Shown here one piece after another: positions 19,715 through 28,352 of a stretch of 64,000 nucleotides of DNA. The translations under genes were made by a program, and so were the position numbers. The notes below the pieces were generated by a model, which was given only the letters and a program-made list of their open reading frames with translations, was not told the DNA's origin and made no database searches. Source of the DNA: Promethearchaeati archaeon (lineage in GTDB: Archaea > Asgardarchaeota > Heimdallarchaeia > Heimdallarchaeales > Heimdallarchaeaceae); NCBI GenBank assembly GCA_013166775.1, contig JABLTJ010000005.1:32001-96000 (forward strand), read 5' to 3'. Every line of letters starts with the position of its first letter. Positions within the stretch are counted from its first letter, which is position 1.

Positions 19715-20866
19715 GTGAAATTTGTGGATTCGTTGAGAATAGTACAAGTAACTCCTTTCTTTGGTTCCAAAAGCTATGGTGGTACTGAAAGATATGTGAG
19801 TCATTTATCAAAGGAACTGGCAAGAAGAGGACATTATATAGATGTTTTTACAACCAAGAAATCAACAAAGATTCCATATCAAACATATTATGAGAATATG
19901 ACTGTCCATCGTTTTTATAGTCCATGGAATGTTTTTGGTATTAATCCAGCTTGTATAATGCTTCATAAATTACTAAAATTAAAAGAAGTAGATGTTTTTC
20001 ATGTGCATTCTTTCATTTACTTCACAACAATACAAGCGGCAATTGCAAAGCTGTTCAAACAAAAACCACTTCTTCTGCACATTCATGGCGGTGTAGGATC
20101 TCCTCCATACAAAACTGGATTTGTTAAGGAATTTGCAAAGAAATTCTACGATTATACTTTGGGAAGATTCGTTTTATCACAAGCTGATGTGATTGCTTCG
20201 GTTAGTAGTTATGATAAAGATCTTCTAGAACATAGCCTACACAGGAATCCAAAAAGACTAACTATTATAAACAATGCAATAAATCCAGAAATATTTCCAG
20301 AAATTGTTCCTAGAATAGAGAAAGAATACAACATTGCATACATTGGAGATCTTGAACCTTGGAAAGGTGTATCATATTATATACTAGCAATTCAAAAACT
20401 TCTAAAAGAAACAAAAAATCTCTCGTTTTGGTTTATTGGGTATGGTTCACTCTTTCCTTTACTGCAAAAGAAATTTGGTAAAGAGAAAAGAGTGAAATTA
20501 TTCGGTGCAGTTGATCATTCCAAAATTCCTTCTCTTCTAGAAAAAGTACATGCGTTAATTCTCCCTAGTTTCTGGGAAGGTTCTCCCACAACAATTATAG
20601 AAGCAATGGCAATGGGGATTCCTGTAATTGCTTCAAATATAGGAGATATTCCTAGACTTCTTAGGAGAGGAAAAGATGGAGTGCTTTTCGAAGCGGGAAA
20701 TGTTCAATCCTTAGAAGATGCTATTCTGAATGTAGTTGATAATTATTCTTCATACGTGAAAAAAGCCCAAACAGCTAGGAAGAGAATAAGAAGAGAGTAT
20801 TCTTTTAATCATGTTACAGATCAGATTGAGAAATTATATTATCAGATGGCAGGAAAAACAACATAG
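19715..20866 (+). CDS. Glycosyltransferase family 4
   Basis: YGGTE, WKG, EGSPTTIIEAMA.GIPVIAS. Confidence 0.93.
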   Translation: MKFVDSLRIVQVTPFFGSKSYGGTERYVSHLSKELARRGHYIDVFTTKKSTKIPYQTYYENMTVHRFYSPWNVFGINPACIMLHKLLKLKEVDVFHVHSFIYFTTIQAAIAKLFKQKPLLLHIHGGVGSPPYKTGFVKEFAKKFYDYTLGRFVLSQADVIASVSSYDKDLLEHSLHRNPKRLTIINNAINPEIFPEIVPRIEKEYNIAYIGDLEPWKGVSYYILAIQKLLKETKNLSFWFIGYGSLFPLLQKKFGKEKRVKLFGAVDHSKIPSLLEKVHALILPSFWEGSPTTIIEAMAMGIPVIASNIGDIPRLLRRGKDGVLFEAGNVQSLEDAILNVVDNYSSYVKKAQTARKRIRREYSFNHVTDQIEKLYYQMAGKTT

Positions 20867-20932
20867 AATTCCTTGAAATTCAGAAGAAATTATTTCCATT
20901 AAGTTTTAAATGAGGATAAAAGATGTAATTTA

Positions 20933-21031
20933 GGTGGTAAAGTGGTCGAACAGAGGGAATATGAAATGGTTTCCCGAAAAGGGATTTAGTAACTCTTTTG
21001 ATCAGTTAGTTAGAGTATAGTATAGACCACC
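20933..21031 (+). ncRNA. Candidate structured RNA of ~100 nt upstream of metG
   Basis: GGTGGT/ACCACC closing helix, TGGTCGAACAGAG/CTCTTTTGATCA helix, TCCC-GAAAA-GGGA hairpin; TTTAAA ~25 nt upstream. Confidence 0.3.
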
Positions 21032-21177
21032 AAAAATTTATTACAAACAGATTTATCTGTTTTTAATTGTTAACTTTATAATAACGAGTGTAGAATCTAT
21101 CCGAAACACACAAAAAGCAATCAGTTTTCTACAATCTGGGAAGTGTAACCAATCAAAGAACAATACATTAAGGGTGA

Positions 21178-22899
21178 TTGATAATGTCTGAAGAAAAGTG
21201 GGTGATCACAGCTGCTTGGCCTTATGTAAATAATATTCCTCATCTGGGAACATTTTCACAGTTATTGTGGGGTGATGTAATCACACGTTACCATAAACTT
21301 CGAAAACATGATACTCTTTATGTAAGTGGATCTGATGCTCATGGCACACCTATAGTGGTTGCAGCAGAAGAGGAAGGAGTCTCACCTATCGAATTAGCAA
21401 TGAGATATCACAATCGAACATTGGAGCTGTTAGACGAATGGAATATTGAATTTGATAAGTATACAATAACTCATAATCCATTACACATATCTTTTGTTCA
21501 AGAATTTCATAAAAAAATTCATCAGAATGGTTATTTTAAACTCAAGGAAACTGAACAACACTATTGTGAACACGATCAAAGATTTCTACCAGATCGTTTC
21601 GTTGAAGGTATTTGTCCAGTTTGTAATATTAAAGGAGCAAGAGGAGACCAGTGTAATAATCCAGAATGTGAGGTGATTCTCAAACCTACTGATTTAATTG
21701 AGCCGCATTGTATAACTTGTCATAAAACTCCAGTACTTAAGAAAACTAGTCATTGGTATTTTGATCTTCCTGCGTTTTCAGACGCATTAAAAAAATTCGC
21801 AGAAGAGAATCCTCATATTCCCTCATTTGCTAAGCAAAAACTACTAAGTATGATCGAAGAAGGATTAATAGAACGTCCGATTTCCAGAGATATGACTTGG
21901 GGGATTCCAATTGATCCAATATTTGGAGAGGAATATATAAACAAAGTATTGTATGTATGGTTTGAGAATGTGCTTGGTTATATTAGCACAGTGAAATTTA
22001 TTGCAGAAGAACAAGGAAAACCCGAACTTTTTGATGAATTCTGGTTGGATAAAAACACAAAAACTGTATTCTGTATTGGAAAAGACAACATAATATTTCA
22101 TGCTTTAATCTTTCCTGCCATGCTTTTAGCTACAAGGGATTCTTATCCTTTGCCTTATGCTGTTGCAACTACAAACTTTATTCAATTTAAAGAGGGGCCA
22201 TTCTCTAAATCGAAAGGTATTGGAATTTGGTGTGATGAAGCTACAGCTACACTGCCTGCTGATTACTGGAGATATTATTTAAGCAATAATAGGGCTGAGC
22301 TAAAGGACACTTATTTTGATTGGGATGATTTTGCTTCCAATGTCAATGTTGATCTTAATGATGTAACTGGTAATTTTATTCATAGAACAATAACATTTAT
22401 TGGACAACATTTTCAGAGCAAAATTCCTGAAAGAGGGAATTTAACTGAAGAGGAAAATGGCATTCTTGCTCAGGTAAAGAAGAATATAGATCTTTATCTC
22501 AACGCTATGGATAATTTCAAACTTAAGGATGCAACAAAAATTGCTATAAATGTGGCGAGATTAGGTAACCAATATTTCTCATCAGTAGAACCCTGGCATC
22601 TAATAAAGAAAGACAAGAAAAAGACTGCTACCGTTCTTAATCTATCTGCTAAAATTTCTGAAGTTATTTCAGTGCTTTTATGGCCCATCATTCCTGAAAC
22701 AGCAGAGAAAATCTGGGGATCTCTTGGTTTTCAAGGTAAACCAGTTGATAAGGGAATAGACGCAATTGATATGAATGAGACACATGCTGGACAAGAGATT
22801 AAAAAAATCAAACCAGTTTTTCATAAAGTAAAAGCAGACGAAATTCAAAAGAAATGGAATGAAGTGAGGAAAAAGGTTAAGGGAAAAGAAAAAAAGTGA
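21178..22899 (+). CDS. metG: Methionine--tRNA ligase
   Basis: AWPYVNNIPHLG, SGSDAHG, Zn knuckles, YVWFE, GKDNIIFH, FSKSKG. Confidence 0.96.
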   Translation: MIMSEEKWVITAAWPYVNNIPHLGTFSQLLWGDVITRYHKLRKHDTLYVSGSDAHGTPIVVAAEEEGVSPIELAMRYHNRTLELLDEWNIEFDKYTITHNPLHISFVQEFHKKIHQNGYFKLKETEQHYCEHDQRFLPDRFVEGICPVCNIKGARGDQCNNPECEVILKPTDLIEPHCITCHKTPVLKKTSHWYFDLPAFSDALKKFAEENPHIPSFAKQKLLSMIEEGLIERPISRDMTWGIPIDPIFGEEYINKVLYVWFENVLGYISTVKFIAEEQGKPELFDEFWLDKNTKTVFCIGKDNIIFHALIFPAMLLATRDSYPLPYAVATTNFIQFKEGPFSKSKGIGIWCDEATATLPADYWRYYLSNNRAELKDTYFDWDDFASNVNVDLNDVTGNFIHRTITFIGQHFQSKIPERGNLTEEENGILAQVKKNIDLYLNAMDNFKLKDATKIAINVARLGNQYFSSVEPWHLIKKDKKKTATVLNLSAKISEVISVLLWPIIPETAEKIWGSLGFQGKPVDKGIDAIDMNETHAGQEIKKIKPVFHKVKADEIQKKWNEVRKKVKGKEKK

Positions 22900-22906
22900 T
22901 GATAAA

Positions 22907-23233
22907 ATGGAAAGAATAAATTATGAGGATTTCAAGAAAGTTAATCTTAAAATCGCAACAATAAGAAGCGCAATTAATATTGACAAAAGTAAAAATTTGA
23001 TTAAATTACAAATTGATTTAGGTACAGAAGAAAGGCAAATACTAGCAGGGATTAAGCAATATTACAAACCTGAGGATTTGGTTGGAAAGCAAATTGTTGT
23101 TGTCACAAATCTTAAACCTGCTACTCTAATGGGTGAAAAATCTGATGGTATGTTATTAGCAGCAGATATTGATGGAGAACCAATTTTACTGAATTTAGAT
23201 AAACCTGTACCACCAGGAACAGAAGTAAAATAA
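22907..23233 (+). CDS. tRNA-binding OB-fold protein (stand-alone MetRS C-terminal/Trbp111 domain)
   Basis: ERQILAGI, NLKPATLMGEKSDGMLLA, PPGTEVK. Confidence 0.9.
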   Translation: MERINYEDFKKVNLKIATIRSAINIDKSKNLIKLQIDLGTEERQILAGIKQYYKPEDLVGKQIVVVTNLKPATLMGEKSDGMLLAADIDGEPILLNLDKPVPPGTEVK

Positions 23234-23411
23234 TGTATTATCTTCCAATATCAAACAGAATGCAGTTTTAGCATGAAGGTGTTAATTTTTCTTCTCGTTT
23301 TTTCTATAATGAACATATGGGTAACTTACGCGAAAATAGAGAAGTATATTCTCCTAATATTACATCTCCTTTAAATAATCGACACAAAGGAAAATTAGAG
23401 GTGTCAAAAGA

Positions 23412-23567
23412 ATGAAATTAGTGACAGTACATCTACCAGATGAGTTCCTTCATGATTTAGATGAATTAGTAAGATTGAAAAGATATCCAAATAGGAGTGA
23501 ATGCATAAGAGTTGCAATTCGCGATTTACTTAAAGAAGAAATGTGGAATAAAAACAATGCTTTCTAA
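23412..23567 (+). CDS. Small RHH regulator, CdrS/aCcr1-like (51 aa, absent from ORF track)
   Basis: MKLVTVHLPDEFLHDLDELVRLKRYPNRSECIRVAIRDLLKEEMWNKNNAF; GAGGTG SD upstream. Confidence 0.88.
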   Translation: MKLVTVHLPDEFLHDLDELVRLKRYPNRSECIRVAIRDLLKEEMWNKNNAF

Positions 23568-23650
23568 TTCCTATTATTTTCTTCCAAGTTAATGAGTGAT
23601 CCAACTTTTCACTCTGATTTACCCTTTTACTTGAAATTGTAAAAAGTTTC

Positions 23651-24295
23651 TTAAAAATGAATTTGAAAAGATCTCACTATTTTTTCTGGGATTGATAAAT
23701 GAGTTCCACCTGAGGTTGTTTTTCTTTTTCTGATTAATTCTAATAATCCTTCAACACTTTCTGTTGGTTCTTCCACGACAGTATACGCCATACCCACATC
23801 TTTAGCTCTATGAGCATCGCTGCCTCCTGTTTCAGGAAGATTATTTTCAAGTACCCAACGTTTTGCTTTTTCATTGAATCTTTGAAAAGGACATGAAGCG
23901 TTCTGTGTCTCAATAGCAACATTACTAAGTTTGTATACTTTTTTTCCAATTCCTTTTCTGGTAAAATCAAAGGGGTGAGAAATTACAGGTAGTCCCCCTA
24001 GTTCATCAATTCTCTCAATTGTTTCTTCTACAGTCATCCTTTTTGGGATATCTTCAACTATTCCCAATCCAATTATATGACCTTTACTAGTAGAAATTTC
24101 AATCCCTGGGATGATCATTATTTTACTCTTGAAGTGTTCATTTCTATGAAACCTTGTAGTATTATGATCAGTAACAGCAATTCCTGTCAGATTCTTCTTT
24201 TCTGCAATTTTAATTAGATCTCTTGGTTTGCTTTTACAATCAGTAGAATAGTGGCTGTGAACGTGCAAATCAAAAAGTACGTTTGAAGAGTGCAT
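23651..24295 (-). CDS. PHP-domain metal-dependent phosphoesterase
   Basis: DLHVHS, VTDHN, GIEIST..GH, SHP, GGSDAH. Confidence 0.92.
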   Translation of the reverse strand: MHSSNVLFDLHVHSHYSTDCKSKPRDLIKIAEKKNLTGIAVTDHNTTRFHRNEHFKSKIMIIPGIEISTSKGHIIGLGIVEDIPKRMTVEETIERIDELGGLPVISHPFDFTRKGIGKKVYKLSNVAIETQNASCPFQRFNEKAKRWVLENNLPETGGSDAHRAKDVGMAYTVVEEPTESVEGLLELIRKRKTTSGGTHLSIPEKIVRSFQIHF

Positions 24296-24957
24296 TATTC
24301 ATCACTTGTTTCTTGTTCCTCTTCTTCAAATACTAAACGCTCTAATTCATCTAAATCAGTTATACCTACTAAGTCTTCTTCCTTTGCATGAGAGACCCAT
24401 AATTTTTCTTTATCACCTTTTAATTCTCTCATCCTCTCTTCAATATACTTGTAAACAGTACTGTGTTTTGCTCCATTAATTAGTCTAATAATGCCTTCTC
24501 TTACGAATTGCAGTTTTCTAAACTCACCAACTAAACCTACTGTATTACCGAAAACAGAGATATTTACACCAGCCATCTGTTCAATGGTATTTCTAGTTCT
24601 CCCTTTCTGGCCTATTAATCTTGATTTAACTTCTCTTAAAGAATTTAGGGAAGTTCCAACATAATCTCTTAACTGTATTAAATCAAAGCCGGATCCAGAA
24701 TCGTTTATCTTGTAGGCATTATGTGGACTGAAACCTCTTCCAATAGCCTTTATCATATCTCTAGCCTTCCAAAGACTAACTGGATTCTCTAATTCTTCCT
24801 CTGCAAGAATAATAACGTCGCCACTATTGCTGTCAATCTTAAGTGTGCATTCAGTTAGTTCTTCGATTTTCTTCTTTACGCTACCTTTAGGACCAATTAG
24901 TACCGCAATCCTTTCAAGCGGGATTCTAACTAGAAATTCACTTGACATTTTCTGCAC
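24295..24957 (-). CDS. KH-domain pre-rRNA processing protein (Pno1/Dim2-like)
   Basis: LIGPKG, IGRGF, RLIGQKGRTR, GAKHSTVY. Confidence 0.9.
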   Translation of the reverse strand: MQKMSSEFLVRIPLERIAVLIGPKGSVKKKIEELTECTLKIDSNSGDVIILAEEELENPVSLWKARDMIKAIGRGFSPHNAYKINDSGSGFDLIQLRDYVGTSLNSLREVKSRLIGQKGRTRNTIEQMAGVNISVFGNTVGLVGEFRKLQFVREGIIRLINGAKHSTVYKYIEERMRELKGDKEKLWVSHAKEEDLVGITDLDELERLVFEEEEQETSDE

Positions 24958-24959
24958 CT

Positions 24960-25805
24960 TTAAAATTCCATTGATTTAATTTTTTGGCTAGGGGGTGTTT
25001 CTGTTATTTGTTCATAAAGTTCATCATTTGAGAGTGTTTGCACCCCTAGAGAAGTAAAGTATCTATTGATGTTACTTATATCCCTATACAAAAAGACTGA
25101 AGCATAAGGATGATCAAGCAAAACTGCTTGTGAAACATCAATAATGACAGGTTTTTTCTTATGAAATAGAACGTTATACTCGCTGAGATCTGCATGAACC
25201 AAATTTCCGTCATCGAAGAGTTTAAACAAAAAATCCACTACTTCAGCATATACTTTATTTGGCTTTTTTAGTTTTACATCCTTTAACAAAGGAGCTGCGT
25301 CTTGATTCTCCCCTATGAACTTCATTACTACTACATTCTTGGAAACCGCTATTGGAGACGGAACAAGAATCTTGGCTTTTTGCATCCTTTGAAGATTTTT
25401 ATACTCTTTTTTTGCCCAAGTATAGATGAAAGCATATGTTCCTTTTTTATAACTTTTAAATCTTGGATCACCTTCTACATACATCCAGTTTCTCTTAAAT
25501 TCAGCTGTAGTTGTGCGATAGATTTTTACTGCTAATTCTTCGTTTTCAACGCCATAAGCATGGTATACATTAGCTTCTTTTCCTGTTGAAACAACAAAAC
25601 TAATTTCTTTCAAAACACCTTTATTTATTAGTTTAAAAATAACCATTCTTGTTTGATCATCAAAGACACTCTCAATTACTTTAAGCATATCTTTATCCTT
25701 TTCTTTGATCCTTTCTTTATCCAATTTTTGATCAATAGTATCGATTTGCTTATCCGACATTCTTATCACGATATTATTCTGTAATTGAGTGTGAGTTATC
25801 ATCAA
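24960..25805 (-). CDS. rio1: RIO1 family Ser/Thr kinase
   Basis: STGKEANVY, AVKIY, GDPRF, LVHADLSEYN, IDVSQAV. Confidence 0.94.
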   Translation of the reverse strand: MMITHTQLQNNIVIRMSDKQIDTIDQKLDKERIKEKDKDMLKVIESVFDDQTRMVIFKLINKGVLKEISFVVSTGKEANVYHAYGVENEELAVKIYRTTTAEFKRNWMYVEGDPRFKSYKKGTYAFIYTWAKKEYKNLQRMQKAKILVPSPIAVSKNVVVMKFIGENQDAAPLLKDVKLKKPNKVYAEVVDFLFKLFDDGNLVHADLSEYNVLFHKKKPVIIDVSQAVLLDHPYASVFLYRDISNINRYFTSLGVQTLSNDELYEQITETPPSQKIKSMEF

Positions 25806-25950
25806 CAGAGTAAATTTACTCTTGGAGGTGATTAAATTTATGGCTTGCGCTTATAGTATCATTAACAATCAGAATTAAATAAAACTATTGTTAAAGCTAA
25901 AAAACACGCATACAAATTAACTTTTCTTCTCGCATACAATTTGTGTTTAA

Positions 25951-26319
25951 TTATGTGACAAAATCCTCAGGAATATGTCCATTATTAATTAACCATTGAA
26001 CTTCATTTCTTCGAAATCTGTGAACAAGTTCTCCTTTTTCATCTGGGTTCATTCCATAAAAAGGCATAATGATTACTACATCTCCTACTCTGCACCAAAG
26101 ACGCTTGCGATATTTTCCAGGAATTCTAATCTGTCTTGTGAAACCATCCATGCACTTAACCAATAGGATGCTTGCACCAAGAATTTGAATCACAATACCA
26201 AAAAACTCGCCTTCACCAGGTAATTGTGCCCTTATGGCATCAGAATTGGCAGTAACCCAATCGGTTCCTCTTGTTCCTTTTTTAGGTTTCTTTGCTGGTT
26301 TTTTTCCTCTACTACTCAA
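25951..26319 (-). CDS. eif1a: Translation initiation factor aIF-1A
   Basis: GIVIQILG, CMDG..R..RIPGK.RKRLW..GD. Confidence 0.92.
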   Translation of the reverse strand: MSSRGKKPAKKPKKGTRGTDWVTANSDAIRAQLPGEGEFFGIVIQILGASILLVKCMDGFTRQIRIPGKYRKRLWCRVGDVVIIMPFYGMNPDEKGELVHRFRRNEVQWLINNGHIPEDFVT

Positions 26320-26464
26320 ATATTAACCTCAGACTATGAATATGGTCTATCTTAAAATATCTTTTGTTCTATGGAGAAAATAATTGGAAAGACAATGTTG
26401 AGAAAAGAAGTTCTAAACGAAACAAACAAAAAGGCTAGAATAAAGAAAGAGATGAGGTAAGAAA

Positions 26465-26875
26465 ATGGAATATGACAAATTGCTGGATAGGGCACGAGGA
26501 CAGCTTCCTGAGAAAGTCTTTGAAAAGTCGAGATTTGAAATACCCAAAATTCTTTCAGTGATAGAAGGAAATAAGACTTTCATAACAAACATTAGAGATG
26601 TATTATCGAAAATTAACAGGGATGAAAATCATTTTCTGAAATTTATGGCTGGTGAACTAGCAACTTCTGTGGATATGGAAGGGGCTAGAGCTGTATTCGC
26701 AGGTAAACATGCTAAGGTAACACTTCATAATCTTCTAGAACGTTACGTAAAGGAATATGTTATGTGCGGAGAGTGTGGCAAACCAGATACATCTTTAGTT
26801 ATAGAAACTCGAATAATGAGGAAGCGATGTGACGCTTGCGGAGCTTCAACAGCTGTTAAACCTTTGAGAAAGTAA
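26465..26875 (+). CDS. eif2b: Translation initiation factor aIF-2 beta
   Basis: RFEIP, EGNKT, ELAT, YVMCGECGKPDT...CDACGA. Confidence 0.94.
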   Translation: MEYDKLLDRARGQLPEKVFEKSRFEIPKILSVIEGNKTFITNIRDVLSKINRDENHFLKFMAGELATSVDMEGARAVFAGKHAKVTLHNLLERYVKEYVMCGECGKPDTSLVIETRIMRKRCDACGASTAVKPLRK

Positions 26876-26883
26876 TAAAGAAT

Positions 26884-27207
26884 GTGATTTTAATGACAGT
26901 TTTTTTCATGAAAATAATAACACAAAGAGGTGAAAGACTAGTAGCTGCCTGTGACAAAGATATAGCTGAATTAGAACTAGATAGTCATGGTGTAAAGATA
27001 AAGGTCAATCAAACTTTTTATGGAAAGGAATTAGTTAATGAAAAAGAACTGTTAGATGAAATTAAGAGATGTACTTCTGCAAATGTAATAGGAACTCAAA
27101 TAGTACGCTTACTTATTAAGAACAGAATTATTCATAAAGAGGCTGTACTGTGGTTAAAACATCCAGAGAAGAAGGATAAAATTGGTCATGCAATCCTGAT
27201 ACGATAA
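26884..27207 (+). CDS. DUF424 family protein
   Basis: LVAACD, FYG, ANVIG, GHA; conserved position after aIF-2beta. Confidence 0.8.
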   Translation: MILMTVFFMKIITQRGERLVAACDKDIAELELDSHGVKIKVNQTFYGKELVNEKELLDEIKRCTSANVIGTQIVRLLIKNRIIHKEAVLWLKHPEKKDKIGHAILIR

Positions 27208-27229
27208 ACTAATTAAAATCTCTAAAAAG

Positions 27230-28336
27230 GTGATTGAAATTTCGGAAAGAGGTAGATTTTGCGCAATATGTGGGACTATGAATGGACCATTCTTAGACAA
27301 TTTATGCGAGAATTGTTACAAGAAAGAAAATCCCTTAGAGATAAAAAAACTTGATTCCTTGCAGGTCGAAATTTGTCCTGAATGCGGAACCCTAAAGATA
27401 CTAAGAAATCGCGTAGATACTTGGAAAAGAGAAGAGAATCTAGAAGAAATCATTAGAGAGGTCGCTAGAAGAGCAATTATTGAAAAACTAGAAGTTGATA
27501 CACCTCTTCAATATGAATTTGAGGATGATATTGAAGAAAGCAAAATAATGAATTATGGAGTAAAAGAATTTTCAGCAAAAACAAGGATATATGCTAAACC
27601 TCACAAAGATTTCAGTGAATTTGAAGAGAGTTTTACAACTAGACTTAAAATGAAAAGAGCTATTTGTGATGAGTGTTCAAAGTACAAAACCGGTTATTAT
27701 GAGGCTATTTTACAGGTAAGGGGAGAGGATAGAAAACTTACACAAAAGGAAGAAGAAGATATAGAGGCTCTAATAGAAAGAATGATGAAACAATACGATG
27801 AGGCGAGGATGGCTTATATTCTTGATTTGGACGTGGATCAAGATGGTATAACTGCAAAGGTAAGCACAAAGTTCTTAGCAGAATCTTTGGCAAAAGAAAT
27901 AAAGGGTTTTTCAGCAGGGAAAATTTCTGTTGCTTACGAACATAAAACTACATCTAGAGATGGAACAGATGTCTTTACGAATACTTATCTGGTGAAATTG
28001 CCTGTTTTCGCTAAAGGAACTATCTTGGAATTTGAAAAGATACTATGGGTTGTAAAGAGTGTATCTGAGCAACAGATTAAAATGGAATCTTTAGAAAATC
28101 ACGAAATCAGACACCATGATAGAAAGAGAGTGGAAAGCAGGGGAAGGAAGAAGGATGATGAAATAGTTAAAAGAGAATATATGATCGTTTCTAAGGAGAA
28201 GAATGCGATTGTTATAATGGCTATGGATAATTACGAGAATTTTGAGGATAATGTAGAAAGATTACCTCCAAAGAAAGAAGAGGGAGAGAATATTACTGGT
28301 TTTATTTATGATGATAAAAATTACTATCTAGAATGA
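27230..28336 (+). CDS. nmd3: NMD3 60S/50S export-adaptor-like protein
   Basis: FCAICG, LCENC, ICPECG, CDECS..GYYEAILQVR. Confidence 0.9.
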   Translation: MIEISERGRFCAICGTMNGPFLDNLCENCYKKENPLEIKKLDSLQVEICPECGTLKILRNRVDTWKREENLEEIIREVARRAIIEKLEVDTPLQYEFEDDIEESKIMNYGVKEFSAKTRIYAKPHKDFSEFEESFTTRLKMKRAICDECSKYKTGYYEAILQVRGEDRKLTQKEEEDIEALIERMMKQYDEARMAYILDLDVDQDGITAKVSTKFLAESLAKEIKGFSAGKISVAYEHKTTSRDGTDVFTNTYLVKLPVFAKGTILEFEKILWVVKSVSEQQIKMESLENHEIRHHDRKRVESRGRKKDDEIVKREYMIVSKEKNAIVIMAMDNYENFEDNVERLPPKKEEGENITGFIYDDKNYYLE

Positions 28337-28352
28337 ATATTGATCTATTCAT

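Noticed and set aside
20960-20992. Eukaryote-like SECIS (ATGA...AAA loop)
   Set aside because: No 3' GA for the quartet, and no in-frame TGA selenoprotein candidate nearby
22907-23233. Split MetRS as a pseudogene
   Set aside because: Stand-alone C-terminal/Trbp domains are common, and it has its own start
23651-28336. KH-Rio1-aIF1A / aIF2beta-DUF424-NMD3 cluster as novel
   Set aside because: Well-known conserved archaeal neighbourhoods
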